A stretch of 64,000 bases of DNA from an uncultured SAR116 cluster alpha proteobacterium (GCA_902622745.1 CACNQW010000004.1:6326-70325); one strand, 5' to 3'. Positions 1 through 13,505 are shown, numbered from the stretch's first letter. Notes: generated from the letters alone by a model not told the origin. Numbers and translations are program-made.

Positions 1-312
1 ATTGAAATAAGCATTGGTGATTATATATTATCAGGCGGAGATATAGCAGCTATGGTTCTTATTGATAGTGTAGTGAGGTGTTTACCAAATGTTTTAGGAA
101 ATCCACTGACATTAAATGAAGAAACCTTTACAAATTATTTGTTAGAATATCCTCTTTATACACAACCCAGAGAATGGAAAAATTACAATGTACCAGATGT
201 ATTATTATCAGGAGACCATAAAAAAATAAAAAACTGGAAAATTAAACAATCTGAGGATATAACAATGCAAAGACGACCAGATCTTTGGAAAAAATATTTA
301 AAATTGAAGTAG
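1..312 (+). CDS. trmD: tRNA (guanine37-N1)-methyltransferase TrmD, C-terminal part (5' end lies outside the window)
   Basis: Frame 1 is open from nt 1 ([34 protein letters not shown]...[13 protein letters not shown]) and matches the TrmD SAM-binding/C-terminal region. rplS follows directly, as in the conserved trmD-rplS arrangement. Confidence 0.9.
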   Translation: MEISIGDYILSGGDIAAMVLIDSVVRCLPNVLGNPLTLNEETFTNYLLEYPLYTQPREWKNYNVPDVLLSGDHKKIKNWKIKQSEDITMQRRPDLWKKYLKLK

Positions 313-360
313 ATATTTTAAAGTTTTTTTGTTAAGAGTTGTCATCGAGAGGTTTTAGCC

Positions 361-843
361 ATGAATATCATTGAAAAAATTGAAAAAGAACAATCAGAAA
401 AACTAAGCTCTGGTAAAAATATACCTGATTTTAATCCTGGAGATACAATAAAAGTTGATGTGAAAGTTGTCGAAGGAACTAGAGAAAGAATTCAAGCCTT
501 TGAAGGTGTCTGTATTGCTCGTGGTGGAAAAGGCATAAATGAAAGTTTTACAGTTAGGAAAATTTCATACGGTGAAGGTGTTGAGAGACTTTTTCCTTTG
601 TTTTCTCCAAAAATATCTTCTATCACTTTAGTTAGAAAAGGTAAAGTAAGAAGAGCTAAACTATACTACTTAAGAGATAGAAGAGGTAAAGCAGCCAGAA
701 TAGTAGAAAAAATTGAAGTTAAGAAAAAAACTAACGAAAAAAAGGATGTTGCTTCAGTATCAAAAGATAAAGTTGCTGAAACATCTTCTAAAAAAGAAGT
801 TGAGAATAAACCTGAAGTCAAAACTGAAGATAAAAAAGATTAA
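361..843 (+). CDS. rplS: 50S ribosomal protein L19 with a K/E-rich C-terminal tail
   Basis: The first ~115 aa match L19 ([54 protein letters not shown]). A GAGAGG SD-like element lies upstream. There is an extra ~45-aa lysine/glutamate-rich tail. Confidence 0.95.
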   Translation: MNIIEKIEKEQSEKLSSGKNIPDFNPGDTIKVDVKVVEGTRERIQAFEGVCIARGGKGINESFTVRKISYGEGVERLFPLFSPKISSITLVRKGKVRRAKLYYLRDRRGKAARIVEKIEVKKKTNEKKDVASVSKDKVAETSSKKEVENKPEVKTEDKKD

Positions 844-860
844 TTTAGTGAGTTTAACTA

Positions 861-2261
861 GTGTCTAAAACTCTTTATGATAAAATTTGGCAAAGTCATT
901 TAATAAATGAACAAGATGATGGTACATCTTTAATATATATTGATCGACATTTAGTACATGAAGTAACTAGTCCTCAGGCTTTTGAAGGATTAAGGTTATC
1001 CAATAGAAAAGTTAATTCGCCTAAAAGAACACTTGCAGTTGCAGATCATAATGTGCCTACTTTAGATAGAGATTTAGGAATTAAAGAAGAAGACTCTCGT
1101 ATTCAAGTTGAAGAACTTGATAAAAATGTTGAAGAATTTCAAATACCTTATTTTAACATGAATGATACTCGACAAGGTATTGTGCACGTTATTGGACCAG
1201 AACAAGGATTTACTCAGCCAGGCATGACAATTGTTTGTGGAGATAGCCATACAGCAACTCACGGAGCTTTTGGTTCTTTAGCTTTTGGAATTGGAACGTC
1301 TGAAGTAGAACATGTTTTAGCTACTCAAACATTAATTCAGAAAAAAGCTATGAATATGCTCATTAATATTACTGGTAATCTTGACAAAATTGTTACATCC
1401 AAAGATTTGATACTTTATATTATTGGAAAAATTGGAACAGCTGGTGGAACTGGTTGTGTAATTGAATATTCTGGAAATGCGCTTAGAGATATGTCAATGG
1501 AAAGCAGAATGACTATATGTAATATGTCTATAGAAGCAGGTGCAAGAGCAGGCATGATAGCTCCAGATGACACTACATTTAACTATCTTTATGAAAAGCC
1601 AATGGCTCCAAAAAACGGAGATTGGGACAAAGCAGTTAATTGGTGGAAAACTTTACCCTCTGACTCCGGGGCAAAGTTTGATAAGATTGTAGACATTGAT
1701 GCAACTAAAGTAACACAAACTATCACATGGGGCACTAGCCCTGAAGAAATAGTAAGTATTGATGGCACTGTACCAAATCCAAATAAAATTTCTGATGAAG
1801 TCAAACAAAACAAAATTAAAAGATCTATAGAATATATGGGGTTAACTCCTGGCCAAAAAATAAGTGATGTTGAAATAAATACTGTCTTCATTGGTTCATG
1901 TACTAATTCAAGAATAGAAGATATAAGGTCAGCAGCTGAAATTATTAAAGGAAAAAAAGTTTCTACTAATGTTAAAGCATTGGTTGTACCGGGTTCTGGT
2001 CTTGTTAAGAAACAAGCGGAAGAAGAAGGTCTTGATGTTATATTCAAGCATGCTGGGTTTGAATGGCGTGAGCCAGGTTGTTCAATGTGCCTTGCCATGA
2101 ATTCTGATAAATTAAATGAAGGTGACAGATGTGCAAGTACGTCAAATAGAAATTTTGAAGGTAGACAAGGTAAGGGTGGAAGAACACATTTGGTAAGCCC
2201 AGAAATTGCAGCTGCTTCTGCAATAACAGGAAAATTAACTGATCCTAGAAATGTGACATAG
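861..2261 (+). CDS. leuC: 3-isopropylmalate dehydratase large subunit
   Basis: GTG start gives (M)SKTLYDKIW. Aconitase-family motifs are present: [37 protein letters not shown]. Confidence 0.97.
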   Translation: MSKTLYDKIWQSHLINEQDDGTSLIYIDRHLVHEVTSPQAFEGLRLSNRKVNSPKRTLAVADHNVPTLDRDLGIKEEDSRIQVEELDKNVEEFQIPYFNMNDTRQGIVHVIGPEQGFTQPGMTIVCGDSHTATHGAFGSLAFGIGTSEVEHVLATQTLIQKKAMNMLINITGNLDKIVTSKDLILYIIGKIGTAGGTGCVIEYSGNALRDMSMESRMTICNMSIEAGARAGMIAPDDTTFNYLYEKPMAPKNGDWDKAVNWWKTLPSDSGAKFDKIVDIDATKVTQTITWGTSPEEIVSIDGTVPNPNKISDEVKQNKIKRSIEYMGLTPGQKISDVEINTVFIGSCTNSRIEDIRSAAEIIKGKKVSTNVKALVVPGSGLVKKQAEEEGLDVIFKHAGFEWREPGCSMCLAMNSDKLNEGDRCASTSNRNFEGRQGKGGRTHLVSPEIAAASAITGKLTDPRNVT

Positions 2262-2867
2262 ATGGAAAAATTTAACACATTCAAAGGAATTGCAGCCCCT
2301 TTTAATATTCTTAATGTTGACACTGATAAAATCATTCCAAAACAGTTTTTAACAACAATTAAAAGAACTGGCTTGGGCAAACACGTATTTGACGAGATGA
2401 GATATAAAAAAGATGGTTTAGAAAATCCTAATTTTGTTTTAAATCAAAAGCCATATGACAAAAGTAATATATTGATTGCTGGTGATAATTTTGGATGTGG
2501 TTCAAGTAGAGAACATGCGCCATGGGCGCTTAAAGATTTTGGTATAAAATGTATCATATCAACTTCGTTTGCAGATATTTTTTACAATAATTCTTTTAAG
2601 AATGGTCTTTTACCTATCATGGTGACAAAAGATGAAAGAGATGCGCTGTTAGAAGATGCAAAAGACAAAGAAAACCCTGAAATAGAAATTGACTTAGAAA
2701 ATCAAGAAATTAGAAGACCAAATGGAGGAAAGATTAAATTTAAAATTGATCCATTTAGGAAGAAATGCCTGCTAGAAGGATTAGATGATATTGGTCTAAC
2801 TGAACTTCATGAAAATAAAATTAAGTCTTTTGAAGAAAGCCGAAGTACTAAACATCCTTGGCTGTAA
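2262..2867 (+). CDS. leuD: 3-isopropylmalate dehydratase small subunit
   Basis: The start abuts the leuC stop (TAGATG). Motifs DKIIPKQFL and [17 protein letters not shown] are typical of LeuD. Confidence 0.96.
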   Translation: MEKFNTFKGIAAPFNILNVDTDKIIPKQFLTTIKRTGLGKHVFDEMRYKKDGLENPNFVLNQKPYDKSNILIAGDNFGCGSSREHAPWALKDFGIKCIISTSFADIFYNNSFKNGLLPIMVTKDERDALLEDAKDKENPEIEIDLENQEIRRPNGGKIKFKIDPFRKKCLLEGLDDIGLTELHENKIKSFEESRSTKHPWL

Positions 2868-2876
2868 AATTTAATT

Positions 2877-3995
2877 ATGAAAAATAATAAAAAAATAATG
2901 TTACTGGCAGGTGACGGAGTAGGTCCAGAAGTTGTAAATGAAACAACAAGAATAATAAAATGGTTTGAAGATAATCTAAATTTATCATTTGATCTAGATG
3001 AGGGTTTAGTTGGAGGAGCATCTTATGATAAGTTTGGAGTTCCCTTAACAGACGAAACCTTGGCAGATGCAATGTCTGCAGACGCTATATTATTCGGTTC
3101 GGTAGGTGGACCACAATATGATAAAGTTTCATTTGATAAAAGACCAGAAAATGGTCTTCTTAAATTAAGAAAAGAGATGGATCTTTTTGCAAATTTAAGG
3201 CCTGCAATGGTTTTTCCTGCATTAGCAAATTCATCAACCTTAAAAAAAGAAATTGTTTCAGGTTTAGATATTTTGATTGTAAGAGAACTTACAGGTGGTA
3301 TTTATTTTGCTGAACCAAGAGGTGTAGAAGATTTATCTAATGGTGAAAAAAAGGGTTTTGATACTAATCTTTACACGACAAGAGAAATTGAAAGAATTGG
3401 AAGAGTTGCCTTTGATTTGGCTAAATTTAGAAATAAAAAAGTTACATCTGTTGAAAAATCTAATGTAATGATGTCAGGAGTTTTATGGAAAGAAGTTATG
3501 TCCTCTCTTTATGAAAATGAAGGGAAAGAAATTTCACTTAACCATATGTATGCTGATAATTGTGCAATGCAATTAGTGAGAGATCCTAAACAGTTTGATG
3601 TAATTGTAACAGATAATCTATTTGGGGATATTCTTTCAGATACTTCTGCTATGCTTACTGGATCTTTAGGAATGCTTCCATCTGCTAGCCTTGGATCTAA
3701 AGATGAAATAACTGGAAAAAGATATGCAATGTATGAACCTGTTCACGGATCTGCTCCTGACATTGCAGGTAAAGGAATTGTTAATCCAATAGCTCAAATT
3801 TTAAGTTTTTCAATGCTTTTAAGATATTCTTTTGAACTAAATAAAGAAGCAGAACTTCTTGAAAAAGCTATTTCATTAACATTGGACGAGGGATACAGAA
3901 CTAAAGATTTAGCAAGTAAGGATGAAAAAGTAGTAGGTACTTCAGAAATGACAGATGTCATTATAAATAAAATGACAGACTTAACTGACAAATGA
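2877..3995 (+). CDS. leuB: 3-isopropylmalate dehydrogenase
   Basis: [12 protein letters not shown]-terminus, NLFGDILSD, and [15 protein letters not shown] motifs of the isocitrate/isopropylmalate dehydrogenase family. Sits in leuCD context. Confidence 0.96.
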   Translation: MKNNKKIMLLAGDGVGPEVVNETTRIIKWFEDNLNLSFDLDEGLVGGASYDKFGVPLTDETLADAMSADAILFGSVGGPQYDKVSFDKRPENGLLKLRKEMDLFANLRPAMVFPALANSSTLKKEIVSGLDILIVRELTGGIYFAEPRGVEDLSNGEKKGFDTNLYTTREIERIGRVAFDLAKFRNKKVTSVEKSNVMMSGVLWKEVMSSLYENEGKEISLNHMYADNCAMQLVRDPKQFDVIVTDNLFGDILSDTSAMLTGSLGMLPSASLGSKDEITGKRYAMYEPVHGSAPDIAGKGIVNPIAQILSFSMLLRYSFELNKEAELLEKAISLTLDEGYRTKDLASKDEKVVGTSEMTDVIINKMTDLTDK

Positions 3996-5017
3996 GTTAT
4001 AATATAGCAATCGTAGGTTCAACAGGCGCTGTTGGAAGAGAAATGTTGGAGACTCTTTCTTATAGAAAGTTCCCTTGTAAAAATGTCTACGCATTGGCTT
4101 CAAAATCTTCATTAGGTAAGGAGGTTTCTTTTGGTGAGGACAAAGTACTCAAAGTTGAAGCACTAGAAGATTTTGATTTTAGTAAAGCTGACATTGCTTT
4201 ATTTTCAGCTGGTTCAGATGTGTCAAAAAAATTTGCACCTATTGCTGGTAAAAATAAATGTATTGTTATAGATAACTCTTCATTTTTTAGAATGGATAAA
4301 GATGTTCCTTTAATTGTTCCTGAAGTTAATCCTAATCATATTACAGATTTTAAGAAGAAAAATATTATAGCTAATCCAAATTGTTCAACCATTCAAATGG
4401 TAACAGCTTTAAGTCCTTTACATAAAGAGTTTACAATTAAAAAGGTTTTTGTTTCGACATACCAAGCTGTTTCTGGCGCAGGAAAAGCGGCTATGGATGA
4501 ATTATTTAATCAAACTAAAGGTGTATATGTTAATGATTCATCTATGCCTGAACAGTTCACTAAAAAAATATCATTTAATGTTATTCCGCATATAGATGTA
4601 TTTATGGATGACGGCTCAACTAAAGAAGAATGGAAGATGTCTGTTGAGACAAACAAAATTTTAGATAAAAATATTCAAGTGACAGCCCATTGCGTTAGAG
4701 TTCCAGTTTTTATAGGACATAGTGAAGCAATATTTATTGAATGCGAAAAAGAAATTAATGAAGCAAAAGCTAGAAATATTTTAAGAAAATCTGATGGAGT
4801 TACAGTAGTTGATCATAGGGCAGATGAAGGATACGTTACCCCAGCTGAAGTGGCTGGAGAAGATGATGTTTATATCAGCAGGATCAGACAAAATAACTTT
4901 AATAAAAATAATTTGGTTTTTTGGTGTGTTTCTGACAATTTAAGAAAAGGTGCAGCATTAAATGCAGTGCAAATTGCTGAATTATTAATTTCAAAAAAAT
5001 TAGTCTCTCAAAAGTAG
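3992..5017 (+). CDS. asd: aspartate-semialdehyde dehydrogenase
   Basis: [14 protein letters not shown] Rossmann motif. Active-site Cys context [15 protein letters not shown] overlap with the leuB stop. Confidence 0.95.
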   Translation: MSYNIAIVGSTGAVGREMLETLSYRKFPCKNVYALASKSSLGKEVSFGEDKVLKVEALEDFDFSKADIALFSAGSDVSKKFAPIAGKNKCIVIDNSSFFRMDKDVPLIVPEVNPNHITDFKKKNIIANPNCSTIQMVTALSPLHKEFTIKKVFVSTYQAVSGAGKAAMDELFNQTKGVYVNDSSMPEQFTKKISFNVIPHIDVFMDDGSTKEEWKMSVETNKILDKNIQVTAHCVRVPVFIGHSEAIFIECEKEINEAKARNILRKSDGVTVVDHRADEGYVTPAEVAGEDDVYISRIRQNNFNKNNLVFWCVSDNLRKGAALNAVQIAELLISKKLVSQK

Positions 5018-5026
5018 AAATCAATT

Positions 5027-5947
5027 ATGGATTATTTGTGGATTTTTGTAGCAATTTTTGCAGCAGCATTGCAAACATTTAGATCTGCTTTTCAGAAAAG
5101 GATGATACCAGAGATTGGTAAATTTGGAGCAACTTATATAAGATTTATTTATGCTCTACCTTTCACATTCCTGATTTTTATTTTGTGGTTTTACATACTT
5201 GATAATTTAATTCCAGAATTAAATGAGAAAGCTATTTTATATTGCTTTGTAGGAGCTTTGTGCCAAGTTTTATTTACTTTATTATTGATGATTATATTCT
5301 CTTATAGAAATTTTGCAGCTGGTATTGCCTTCTCTAAAACAGAAGTTTTGTTTGCCGCTCTAATTGAAACATTTTTTTTAAACATAATATTTTTGCCGAT
5401 AATAAACGTAGGTATCTTTCTTGGAGTTTTTGCTGTTATATTTTTATCTGTTGCAAAAGAAACTACAAGTATTAAGGATGTGTTAATAAAAATTAGCAAA
5501 TCATTTTTTACTTTTTCAACTTTAGTTGGAGTTTTAACAGGCTTAATTTTAGCGGGTTCAACAGTTGGTTATAGAATGGCAATTGTAAATGTTAATGGGC
5601 CAATACTTGATGCAACAATCTATTTGTCTATGCTTGCTGTATTTATCCAATCTATTTTAATGGGCATATGGCTATTTTATTATAAACATAATGAATTTAA
5701 ATTAGTTTTTAAGTTTTGGAAAAAATCCTTGCCAGCAGGTATATGTGGAAGTGGCGCTACTGCGGGATGGTTTTTAGGTTTTGCACTTGCAACTGCTGCA
5801 GAAGTCAGAGCAGTAGGTCAGGTTGAGTTGATTTTTTCCATTCTGATTTCATTAATAATCTTTAAAGAAAAAATTCAAAAAACTGAGTTTTTTGGTATCT
5901 TAATGTTAATTTTATCAATACTGTTAATAATTTATGCAAAATTTTAG
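5027..5947 (+). CDS. DMT/EamA-family membrane permease (substrate unknown)
   Basis: 306 aa with about 10 hydrophobic helices arranged as two similar halves, the usual EamA/DMT architecture. No substrate-specific motif was recognised. Confidence 0.6.
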   Translation: MDYLWIFVAIFAAALQTFRSAFQKRMIPEIGKFGATYIRFIYALPFTFLIFILWFYILDNLIPELNEKAILYCFVGALCQVLFTLLLMIIFSYRNFAAGIAFSKTEVLFAALIETFFLNIIFLPIINVGIFLGVFAVIFLSVAKETTSIKDVLIKISKSFFTFSTLVGVLTGLILAGSTVGYRMAIVNVNGPILDATIYLSMLAVFIQSILMGIWLFYYKHNEFKLVFKFWKKSLPAGICGSGATAGWFLGFALATAAEVRAVGQVELIFSILISLIIFKEKIQKTEFFGILMLILSILLIIYAKF

Positions 5948-5965
5948 ATTTGATGTAATTATTAA

Positions 5966-5994
5966 TTGAATGATTTAAATTGCGATTGTATAAA
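5966..5994 (+). promoter_or_regulatory. candidate sigma70-type promoter for the sdhCDAB operon (TTGAAT-N17-TATAAA)
   Basis: TTGAAT at 5966-5971, a 17-nt spacer, and TATAAA at 5989-5994. The -10 ends 5 nt before the sdhC ATG (6000). No SD-like purine run lies between them. In AT-rich DNA such hexamers also occur by chance. Confidence 0.3.
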
Positions 5995-5999
5995 ATAAT

Positions 6000-6386
6000 A
6001 TGAACCAAAATAGACCCTTATCACCTCATTTACAAGTTTATAAACCTCAAGTTACATCTGTTTTATCTATTTTTCATAGGATGACGGGTGTGGCTCTTAG
6101 TGCAGGATTGGTGTTACTGGTGGGGTGGATATTTTCGTTATCTTTAGGAGAAAATATTTTTAAATATTATGCTTATTTCTTAGATTCATGGTTAGGTCAT
6201 TTAATCATGTTTTCATTTACTTTTGCTTTGAATTATCATTTTTGCAACGGAGTGAGACATTTATTTTGGGATGCTGGATATGGCTATGAAATTTCTACTG
6301 TGTATAAAAGTGGCTTAGCGGTAGTTATAATTTCATTATTATCAACGTGTTTGATTTGGTATTTTATTTTGATAAACAATGCTTGA
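6000..6386 (+). CDS. sdhC: succinate dehydrogenase cytochrome b556 subunit
   Basis: RPLSPHLQVYKPQ signature, three TM helices, directly upstream of sdhDAB. Confidence 0.92.
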   Translation: MNQNRPLSPHLQVYKPQVTSVLSIFHRMTGVALSAGLVLLVGWIFSLSLGENIFKYYAYFLDSWLGHLIMFSFTFALNYHFCNGVRHLFWDAGYGYEISTVYKSGLAVVIISLLSTCLIWYFILINNA

Positions 6387-6738
6387 AACTAAGAATAAAT
6401 TTAATGAACCTCATAGTGGTATTTCTCATTGGAAGTTTCAAAGAATTTCAGCAATGATAAACATTCCATTAATAATATGGTTTATTATTTCCATTATATC
6501 TTTAAGAGATTATAGTTTTAATGAAAATATCAATTGGCTAAAGCAACCAATTAATTGCATTTTAATAACATTAATGTTAACTTCTGTTTTTTATCATTCA
6601 TCTTTAGGGCTTCAAGTTGTAATTGAAGATTACATTCATGATATAAAAATAAGAAAATTTTTGATTTTGTCTTCTAAAATTGGATTATTTTTGTTATTTG
6701 CCATTTCAATTGGATCGATAGTTAATATATATATATAA
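6379..6738 (+). CDS. sdhD: succinate dehydrogenase hydrophobic membrane anchor subunit
   Basis: Three TM helices. [15 protein letters not shown] matches the SdhD heme/quinone-site motif. 8-nt overlap with sdhC. Confidence 0.9.
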   Translation: MLETKNKFNEPHSGISHWKFQRISAMINIPLIIWFIISIISLRDYSFNENINWLKQPINCILITLMLTSVFYHSSLGLQVVIEDYIHDIKIRKFLILSSKIGLFLLFAISIGSIVNIYI

Positions 6739-6758
6739 ATAAACAACCAAGGATTATT

Positions 6759-8549
6759 ATGACAAATTATGAAATAGTTGACCATGAACACGACGTAATC
6801 GTTGTAGGTGCAGGCGGGGCTGGTCTAAGAGCGACCGTTGGAATGGTTACAAAAGGTTTTAAAACTGCTTGTATTACAAAAGTTTTTCCAACAAGAAGTC
6901 ACACTGTTGCTGCTCAAGGAGGGATTGGCGCTGCTTTGAATAATATGGGCGAAAATGATAGTTGGAAATACCATATGTATGATACTGTTAAAGGATCAGA
7001 TTGGTTAGGTGATCAAGATGCAATTGAATATATGTGTAAAAATGCTATCCCTTCAGTAATTGAACTTGAAAATTATGGTGTTCCTTTTTCTAGAACAGAC
7101 GAAGGAAAGATTTATCAAAGGCCTTTTGGTGGTCATACTTTAGAGCATGGAAAAAGCATGGCGCGTCGTGCATGCGCAGCTGCAGATAGAACTGGTCATG
7201 CCATTTTACATACATTGTATCAACAATGTTTAAAACATGACGCAGAGTTCTTTATAGAATATTACGCACTAGACCTTTTAATGGATAAAGATGGTGCATG
7301 TAAAGGTATAATGGCTATAAGTCTAGAAGATGGAAAGTTGCACAGATTTAGAGCGCATAAAACTGTACTAGCTACTGGTGGTTACGGAAGAGTATACTTT
7401 TCATGTACTTCAGCTCACACTTGTACTGGAGATGGAAATGCAATGGTTTTAAGAGCTGGTCTTCCATTACAAGATATGGAGTTTGTTCAATTTCATCCTA
7501 CAGGTGTATATGGTGCAGGTGTTTTAATAACTGAAGGAGCAAGAGGTGAAGGTGGTTATCTAACTAACTCAGAAGGTGAAAGATTTATGGAAAGATTTGC
7601 TCCAACCGCAAAAGATTTAGCTAGTAGAGATGTAGTATCAAGAGCTATGACCATCGAAATAAATGAAGGTCGAGGGATTGGACCAAAAAAAGATCATATA
7701 AATTTACATTTGCATCACATCGATCCTGAAACTTTACATAAGAGATTGCCGGGTATAAGTGAAACAGCAAAGATATTTTGTGGTGTTGATGTTACAAAAG
7801 AACCAATACCAGTACTTCCTACTGTTCATTATAATATGGGTGGAATACCAACAAATTTCCATGGTGAAGTCTTGTCACCAACTGAAGACGACCAACATAA
7901 AGTTGTACCTGGATTAATGGCAATAGGTGAGGCTGCATGTGTTTCTGTTCATGGTGCAAATAGATTAGGTACCAACTCTTTACTTGATATAGTTGTTTTT
8001 GGACGTGCCGCTGCTATGAGAGCAAATGATACATTAAAAAAAGGTCAAAAACACTCATCTCTTAACAACGAAATATCAGATCAAATAATTGATCGTTTAG
8101 ATAAAGCTAGATTTTCAAAAGGTGATACATCTGTTGGTGAAGTAAGATCAGCGATGCAAAATGCTATGCAAAAACATGCAGCTGTTTTTAGATCAAACGA
8201 ATCCCTTCAAGAAGGGGTGCAAAAAATAGATAAAATTAGTTTGGATATGAAAAATGTTAGCGTTAAAGATAAATCTCTAATATTCAACACTGATTTAATT
8301 GAATCTCTTGAGTTAGAAAACTTGATGCAACAAGCAATTGTCACCATGAGATCAGCTGATCAAAGAAAAGAATCACGTGGTGCGCACGCTCATGAAAATT
8401 TCCCTAATAGAGATGATAAAGATTGGATGAAACATACAGTCATGTGGTTAGATAAAGATAAAAAATCAAAATTGTCGTATAGAGATGTAACATTGAATAC
8501 ATTGTCAAATGAAGTTTCAACTATACCGCCAGTTGCTAGGGTTTATTAG
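6759..8549 (+). CDS. sdhA: succinate dehydrogenase flavoprotein subunit
   Basis: [14 protein letters not shown] motif, SHTVAAQGG (covalent FAD His), [20 protein letters not shown]. Confidence 0.98.
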   Translation: MTNYEIVDHEHDVIVVGAGGAGLRATVGMVTKGFKTACITKVFPTRSHTVAAQGGIGAALNNMGENDSWKYHMYDTVKGSDWLGDQDAIEYMCKNAIPSVIELENYGVPFSRTDEGKIYQRPFGGHTLEHGKSMARRACAAADRTGHAILHTLYQQCLKHDAEFFIEYYALDLLMDKDGACKGIMAISLEDGKLHRFRAHKTVLATGGYGRVYFSCTSAHTCTGDGNAMVLRAGLPLQDMEFVQFHPTGVYGAGVLITEGARGEGGYLTNSEGERFMERFAPTAKDLASRDVVSRAMTIEINEGRGIGPKKDHINLHLHHIDPETLHKRLPGISETAKIFCGVDVTKEPIPVLPTVHYNMGGIPTNFHGEVLSPTEDDQHKVVPGLMAIGEAACVSVHGANRLGTNSLLDIVVFGRAAAMRANDTLKKGQKHSSLNNEISDQIIDRLDKARFSKGDTSVGEVRSAMQNAMQKHAAVFRSNESLQEGVQKIDKISLDMKNVSVKDKSLIFNTDLIESLELENLMQQAIVTMRSADQRKESRGAHAHENFPNRDDKDWMKHTVMWLDKDKKSKLSYRDVTLNTLSNEVSTIPPVARVY

Positions 8550-8564
8550 TAAGGAGAAGAATTA

Positions 8565-9341
8565 ATGGCTGAGTTTAGTTTACCTAAAAACTCAAAAATA
8601 ATAAAAGGCAAATCCTTTTCTTATAAAGGAAAGTCGGAAAATAAAAAAGAGTTTAACATCTACAGATGGTCTCCAGATGATACTGAAAATCCAAGAATCG
8701 ATACATATACTTTAGATATGGATGACTGTGGTCCTATGGTTCTGGATGCTTTAATTAAGATAAAAGATGAAATAGATTCATCTCTTACATTTAGAAGATC
8801 TTGTAGAGAAGGAATATGTGGATCATGTTCCATGAATGTTGACGGAACAAATACACTTGCTTGTTTAAAATCAATTGATGATGTTAAAGGTTCAGTTAAT
8901 ATTTATCCTTTACCTCATATGCCGGTTATAAAAGATTTAGTTCCTGATCTTACAAATGCATACAAACAACTTGAATCTGTAAAGCCTTGGTTACAAACTG
9001 ATGACAAACCTGTAAATGGTGAAGAAAGGCATCAAACTCCCAAAGAAAGAGAAAAATTAGACGGTCTATGGGAATGCGTACTCTGTTTTTCTTGCTCAAC
9101 ATCTTGTCCTTCATATTGGTGGAACGGCGATAAATACCTTGGACCAGCAGTTTTATTGCAAGCTTATAGATGGATTGCTGACAGCAGAGACACAAATAAA
9201 AAAGAAAGACTAAAAGAACTAGAAGATTCTTTTAAGCTTTATAGGTGTCATACAATTATGAATTGTACTAAAACGTGTCCTAAAGGTTTAAATCCTGCAC
9301 AAGCTATTGGTGAAATTAAAAAACTTCAATTAGAAACTTAA
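8565..9341 (+). CDS. sdhB: succinate dehydrogenase iron-sulfur subunit
   Basis: Three Fe-S cluster motifs: [52 protein letters not shown] upstream. Confidence 0.98.
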   Translation: MAEFSLPKNSKIIKGKSFSYKGKSENKKEFNIYRWSPDDTENPRIDTYTLDMDDCGPMVLDALIKIKDEIDSSLTFRRSCREGICGSCSMNVDGTNTLACLKSIDDVKGSVNIYPLPHMPVIKDLVPDLTNAYKQLESVKPWLQTDDKPVNGEERHQTPKEREKLDGLWECVLCFSCSTSCPSYWWNGDKYLGPAVLLQAYRWIADSRDTNKKERLKELEDSFKLYRCHTIMNCTKTCPKGLNPAQAIGEIKKLQLET

Positions 9342-9360
9342 TTCTTTCTAAGGTTTATTT

Positions 9361-10428
9361 GTGAGTGGTCAAAGAGATACAATCTTTGAAATAGCAAAGA
9401 ATATGAAAATAGACCTTGATGATGGTCAAAAATCCATTAGTGAAAATTTAGATAAACTTGTAATAGATTTAGAGCAAAATTCCAAAAAGTTTTCTTTTCC
9501 ATTCTTTAACAAATCAAGTGATTTTAAAGGTCTTTATATTTATGGAGGAGTTGGAAGAGGAAAATCAATGATCATGGATATTTTTTTTGAAAATATTAGA
9601 TTAGAGAATAAGAGAAGAATGCATTTTCATGACTTTATGAAAGAAGTTCATGCTAAAATATATTCTATAGGTCAAAAAAATAAAAATATTGATCCAGTCC
9701 AGGTTTTTGCAAAAAAATTTATAGAAAAAACAAAATTGTTGTGTTTTGACGAAATGGAAATCCGGGACATTGCTGATGCAATGATTATCTATAGATTATT
9801 TAAAAGCTTATTCTCATTGGGGTTAACTCTAGTTACAACTTCTAATCAACCTCCAGAAAATTTATATAAAAATGGACTTCACAGAGACAGATTTTTACCA
9901 TTTATAGATTTAATTAATTTTAATATGAAAGTATCCCAAATCAAGGAAGGAAAAGATTGGAGAAAATCTTTACTTATAGGTAAAAAAACTTGGTTAAATC
10001 CAATAAATTCATCAAATAAAAATATTGCTAATAAAATTTTTAGCCAATTAACCCAAGGTTTTAATGTTAAGGAAGAAGAAATAATAGTATCAGGTAGAAA
10101 AATTAGAATTCCTAATTCTGCAGGTGGCATCGCAGCGTTTGATTTTAAAGATTTATGTGAAAAACCCTTAGCTGCATCTGATTATGTAGAGTTAGCTGAT
10201 AAATTTAAGGGATTTTTAATTAATAATATTCCTAGTTTAGGCAAGAATCAAAATAACGAATCAAGAAGGTTTATTTGGCTTATAGATGCACTCTATGACC
10301 GAAAATGCTTTCTAATCGCTACATCAGAAGTTGATATAAAAAAATTATATACTGGAACGGAATGGAAGTTTGAGTTTAGTCGAACGATTTCAAGATTACT
10401 TGAGATGTCTCAGGTTGTAGAAAATTAA
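9361..10428 (+). CDS. zapE: AFG1/ZapE-family ATPase
   Basis: GTG start. Walker A GGVGRGKSM, Walker B LLCFDEMEI, and LVTTSNQPPENLY typical of AFG1-like ATPases. Confidence 0.85.
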   Translation: MSGQRDTIFEIAKNMKIDLDDGQKSISENLDKLVIDLEQNSKKFSFPFFNKSSDFKGLYIYGGVGRGKSMIMDIFFENIRLENKRRMHFHDFMKEVHAKIYSIGQKNKNIDPVQVFAKKFIEKTKLLCFDEMEIRDIADAMIIYRLFKSLFSLGLTLVTTSNQPPENLYKNGLHRDRFLPFIDLINFNMKVSQIKEGKDWRKSLLIGKKTWLNPINSSNKNIANKIFSQLTQGFNVKEEEIIVSGRKIRIPNSAGGIAAFDFKDLCEKPLAASDYVELADKFKGFLINNIPSLGKNQNNESRRFIWLIDALYDRKCFLIATSEVDIKKLYTGTEWKFEFSRTISRLLEMSQVVEN

Positions 10429-10475
10429 CTTAGATAGCTTGATTATAATTCAAAACGAAGTATTGTATCTGATAA

Positions 10476-11447
<972 letters not shown>

Positions 11448-11459
11448 GTAATATAAATT

Positions 11460-12623
11460 ATGAATATTCACGAGCATCAAGCTAAAGGATTACTGAGAAA
11501 ATTTGGTGTTTCAGTACCAGATGGATACCCAGCTTTCACAGTTGAGGAGGCAGTTACCAATGCAAAAAAACTTCCTGGCCCCGTATATGTTGTTAAAGCA
11601 CAAATTCACGCAGGAGGTAGAGGTAAAGCTGGAGGTGTTAAAGTTGTAAAAAATATAGAAGAAGTTGAAAAAGCCTCTGAAGAAATTTTAGGAAAAGTGT
11701 TAGTTACACCTCAAACTGGTTCCAAAGGAAAAAAAGTTCAAAGATTATACATTGAAGATGGATGTCAAATTGATAAAGAATTTTATTTTTCAATTTTAGT
11801 TGATAGAAACGCTGGGTGTATTTCTATAATTTCATCTACTGAAGGTGGAGTTAATATTGAAGAAGTAGCAGAAAAAACTCCTGAGAAAATTATTAAAGTT
11901 AGGGTTGATCCTAAAGGTGGATTTATGCCATTTCATGCAAGAATTATTGCTAACGGACTTAAACTCTCAGGTGATGCTTTTAAACAAAGTTATAGTTTTT
12001 TTTCTAAAATTTATAAAACTTTTGTTGATTTAGATGCTAGCTTGGTAGAAATCAATCCACTTGTGCTTTCAAAAGAAAATAAATTAATTGCACTTGATGC
12101 AAAAATGTCTTTTGACAATAATAGTTTATTTAGACAATCAGAAGTTTTGGAACTTAAAGATGAAACAGAAGAAGAGCCTTCCGAAACATTAGCTAAAAAA
12201 TTTGATTTAGCATACATAAAGTTAGATGGTGAAATTGGTTGTTTAGTAAATGGTGCTGGATTAGCCATGGCAACTATGGATATCATCAATCTTAAGGGTT
12301 CATCACCAGCAAATTTTTTAGATGTAGGTGGAAGTGCTACTAAAGAAAAAGTTAAAGAAGCATTCAAGATAATTTTGTCTGATGATGCTGTTAAAGGCAT
12401 ATTAGTAAATATATTCGGTGGTATAATGAGATGTGATATTATTGCAGAAGGTGTTGTAGCAGCGGCTAGTGATTTGGCCCTTGATAAACCCCTTGTAGTA
12501 AGACTTTCAGGAACAAACGTAGAGAAGGGAAAAGAGATTTTATCTAAATCTGATCTACAAATTATTTCAGCTGATGATCTTGATGATGCAGCTGAAAAAA
12601 TAGTTAAAGCTGTAAAAGGATAA
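11460..12623 (+). CDS. sucC: succinyl-CoA synthetase beta subunit
   Basis: [18 protein letters not shown]-terminus, ATP-grasp region, [15 protein letters not shown]. Confidence 0.98.
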   Translation: MNIHEHQAKGLLRKFGVSVPDGYPAFTVEEAVTNAKKLPGPVYVVKAQIHAGGRGKAGGVKVVKNIEEVEKASEEILGKVLVTPQTGSKGKKVQRLYIEDGCQIDKEFYFSILVDRNAGCISIISSTEGGVNIEEVAEKTPEKIIKVRVDPKGGFMPFHARIIANGLKLSGDAFKQSYSFFSKIYKTFVDLDASLVEINPLVLSKENKLIALDAKMSFDNNSLFRQSEVLELKDETEEEPSETLAKKFDLAYIKLDGEIGCLVNGAGLAMATMDIINLKGSSPANFLDVGGSATKEKVKEAFKIILSDDAVKGILVNIFGGIMRCDIIAEGVVAAASDLALDKPLVVRLSGTNVEKGKEILSKSDLQIISADDLDDAAEKIVKAVKG

Positions 12624-12626
12624 TAG

Positions 12627-13505
12627 ATGTCAATTTTAGTCAACAAAAATACAAAAGTTATTTGTCAAGGTTTTACCGGTGGCCAAGGTACATTTCACTC
12701 TGAACAAGCTATTGCTTATGGTACTAATATGGTTGGGGGCGTGACACCAGGTAAAGGTGGTACGAGGCATTTAGATTTACCAGTATTTAATACAGTCAAA
12801 GAAGCTAATGAGAATTTAGAAATAGATGCTTCAGTCATTTATGTTCCTCCACCATTTGCTGCAGACTCTATAATTGAGGCAATTGATGCAAAAATACCAT
12901 TAATTATTTGTATTACAGAGGGTATACCAGTTCAGGATATGATAAGAGTAAAGAATTTTCTGGAGGATTCTACTTCAAGACTTATAGGCCCAAATTGTCC
13001 TGGGATAATTACACCTGGAGAATGTAAAATTGGTATTATGCCTGGGTCAATTCATAAACCAGGAAAAATAGGAATTGTATCTAGATCAGGGACATTGACT
13101 TATGAAGCCGTTGATCAAACAACTGCTGTGAATTTAGGACAGTCGACTTGTGTTGGCATAGGTGGTGACCCATTAAATGGAACAAACTTTATCGACTGTT
13201 TAGATTTATTTTTGTCAGATGAACAAACTGAAGCAATTTTAATGATAGGTGAAATTGGAGGTTCTGCAGAAGAAGAAGCTGCTGAATTTTTAAAAAATCA
13301 TCAAATTAAAAAACCTGTTGCAGGATTTATTGCTGGAAGAACGGCACCACCTGGTCGTACAATGGGTCATGCAGGTGCTATAGTAAGTGGTGGTAGTGGA
13401 GATGCAGATTCTAAAATATCTAAATTTAAAGAATGTAATATTGAAGTAGCTAACTCACCATCGGATCTTGGTAAAGCTGTTTTAAGAGCTATTGATAAAA
13501 CATAG
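12627..13505 (+). CDS. sucD: succinyl-CoA synthetase alpha subunit
   Basis: [24 protein letters not shown], and the phospho-His context MGHAGAIV. Confidence 0.98.
   Translation: MSILVNKNTKVICQGFTGGQGTFHSEQAIAYGTNMVGGVTPGKGGTRHLDLPVFNTVKEANENLEIDASVIYVPPPFAADSIIEAIDAKIPLIICITEGIPVQDMIRVKNFLEDSTSRLIGPNCPGIITPGECKIGIMPGSIHKPGKIGIVSRSGTLTYEAVDQTTAVNLGQSTCVGIGGDPLNGTNFIDCLDLFLSDEQTEAILMIGEIGGSAEEEAAEFLKNHQIKKPVAGFIAGRTAPPGRTMGHAGAIVSGGSGDADSKISKFKECNIEVANSPSDLGKAVLRAIDKT

Noticed and set aside
1589-2380. 263-aa minus-strand ORF spanning the leuC/leuD junction. This is strikingly long for antisense in AT-rich DNA.
   Set aside because: It lies entirely antisense to two well-supported genes. It is in the relative frame where antisense stops would require sense Tyr, His or Gln codons after a pyrimidine, which makes it the frame most often open by chance. 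The translated sequence is low-complexity (S/L/P/F-rich) and has no motif or start context.
12011-12646. 211-aa minus-strand ORF inside sucC.
   Set aside because: It has the same shadow-frame relationship to sucC as the leuC antisense ORF. The sequence is Ser/Ala/Leu-rich with no recognisable domain. sucC is unambiguous.
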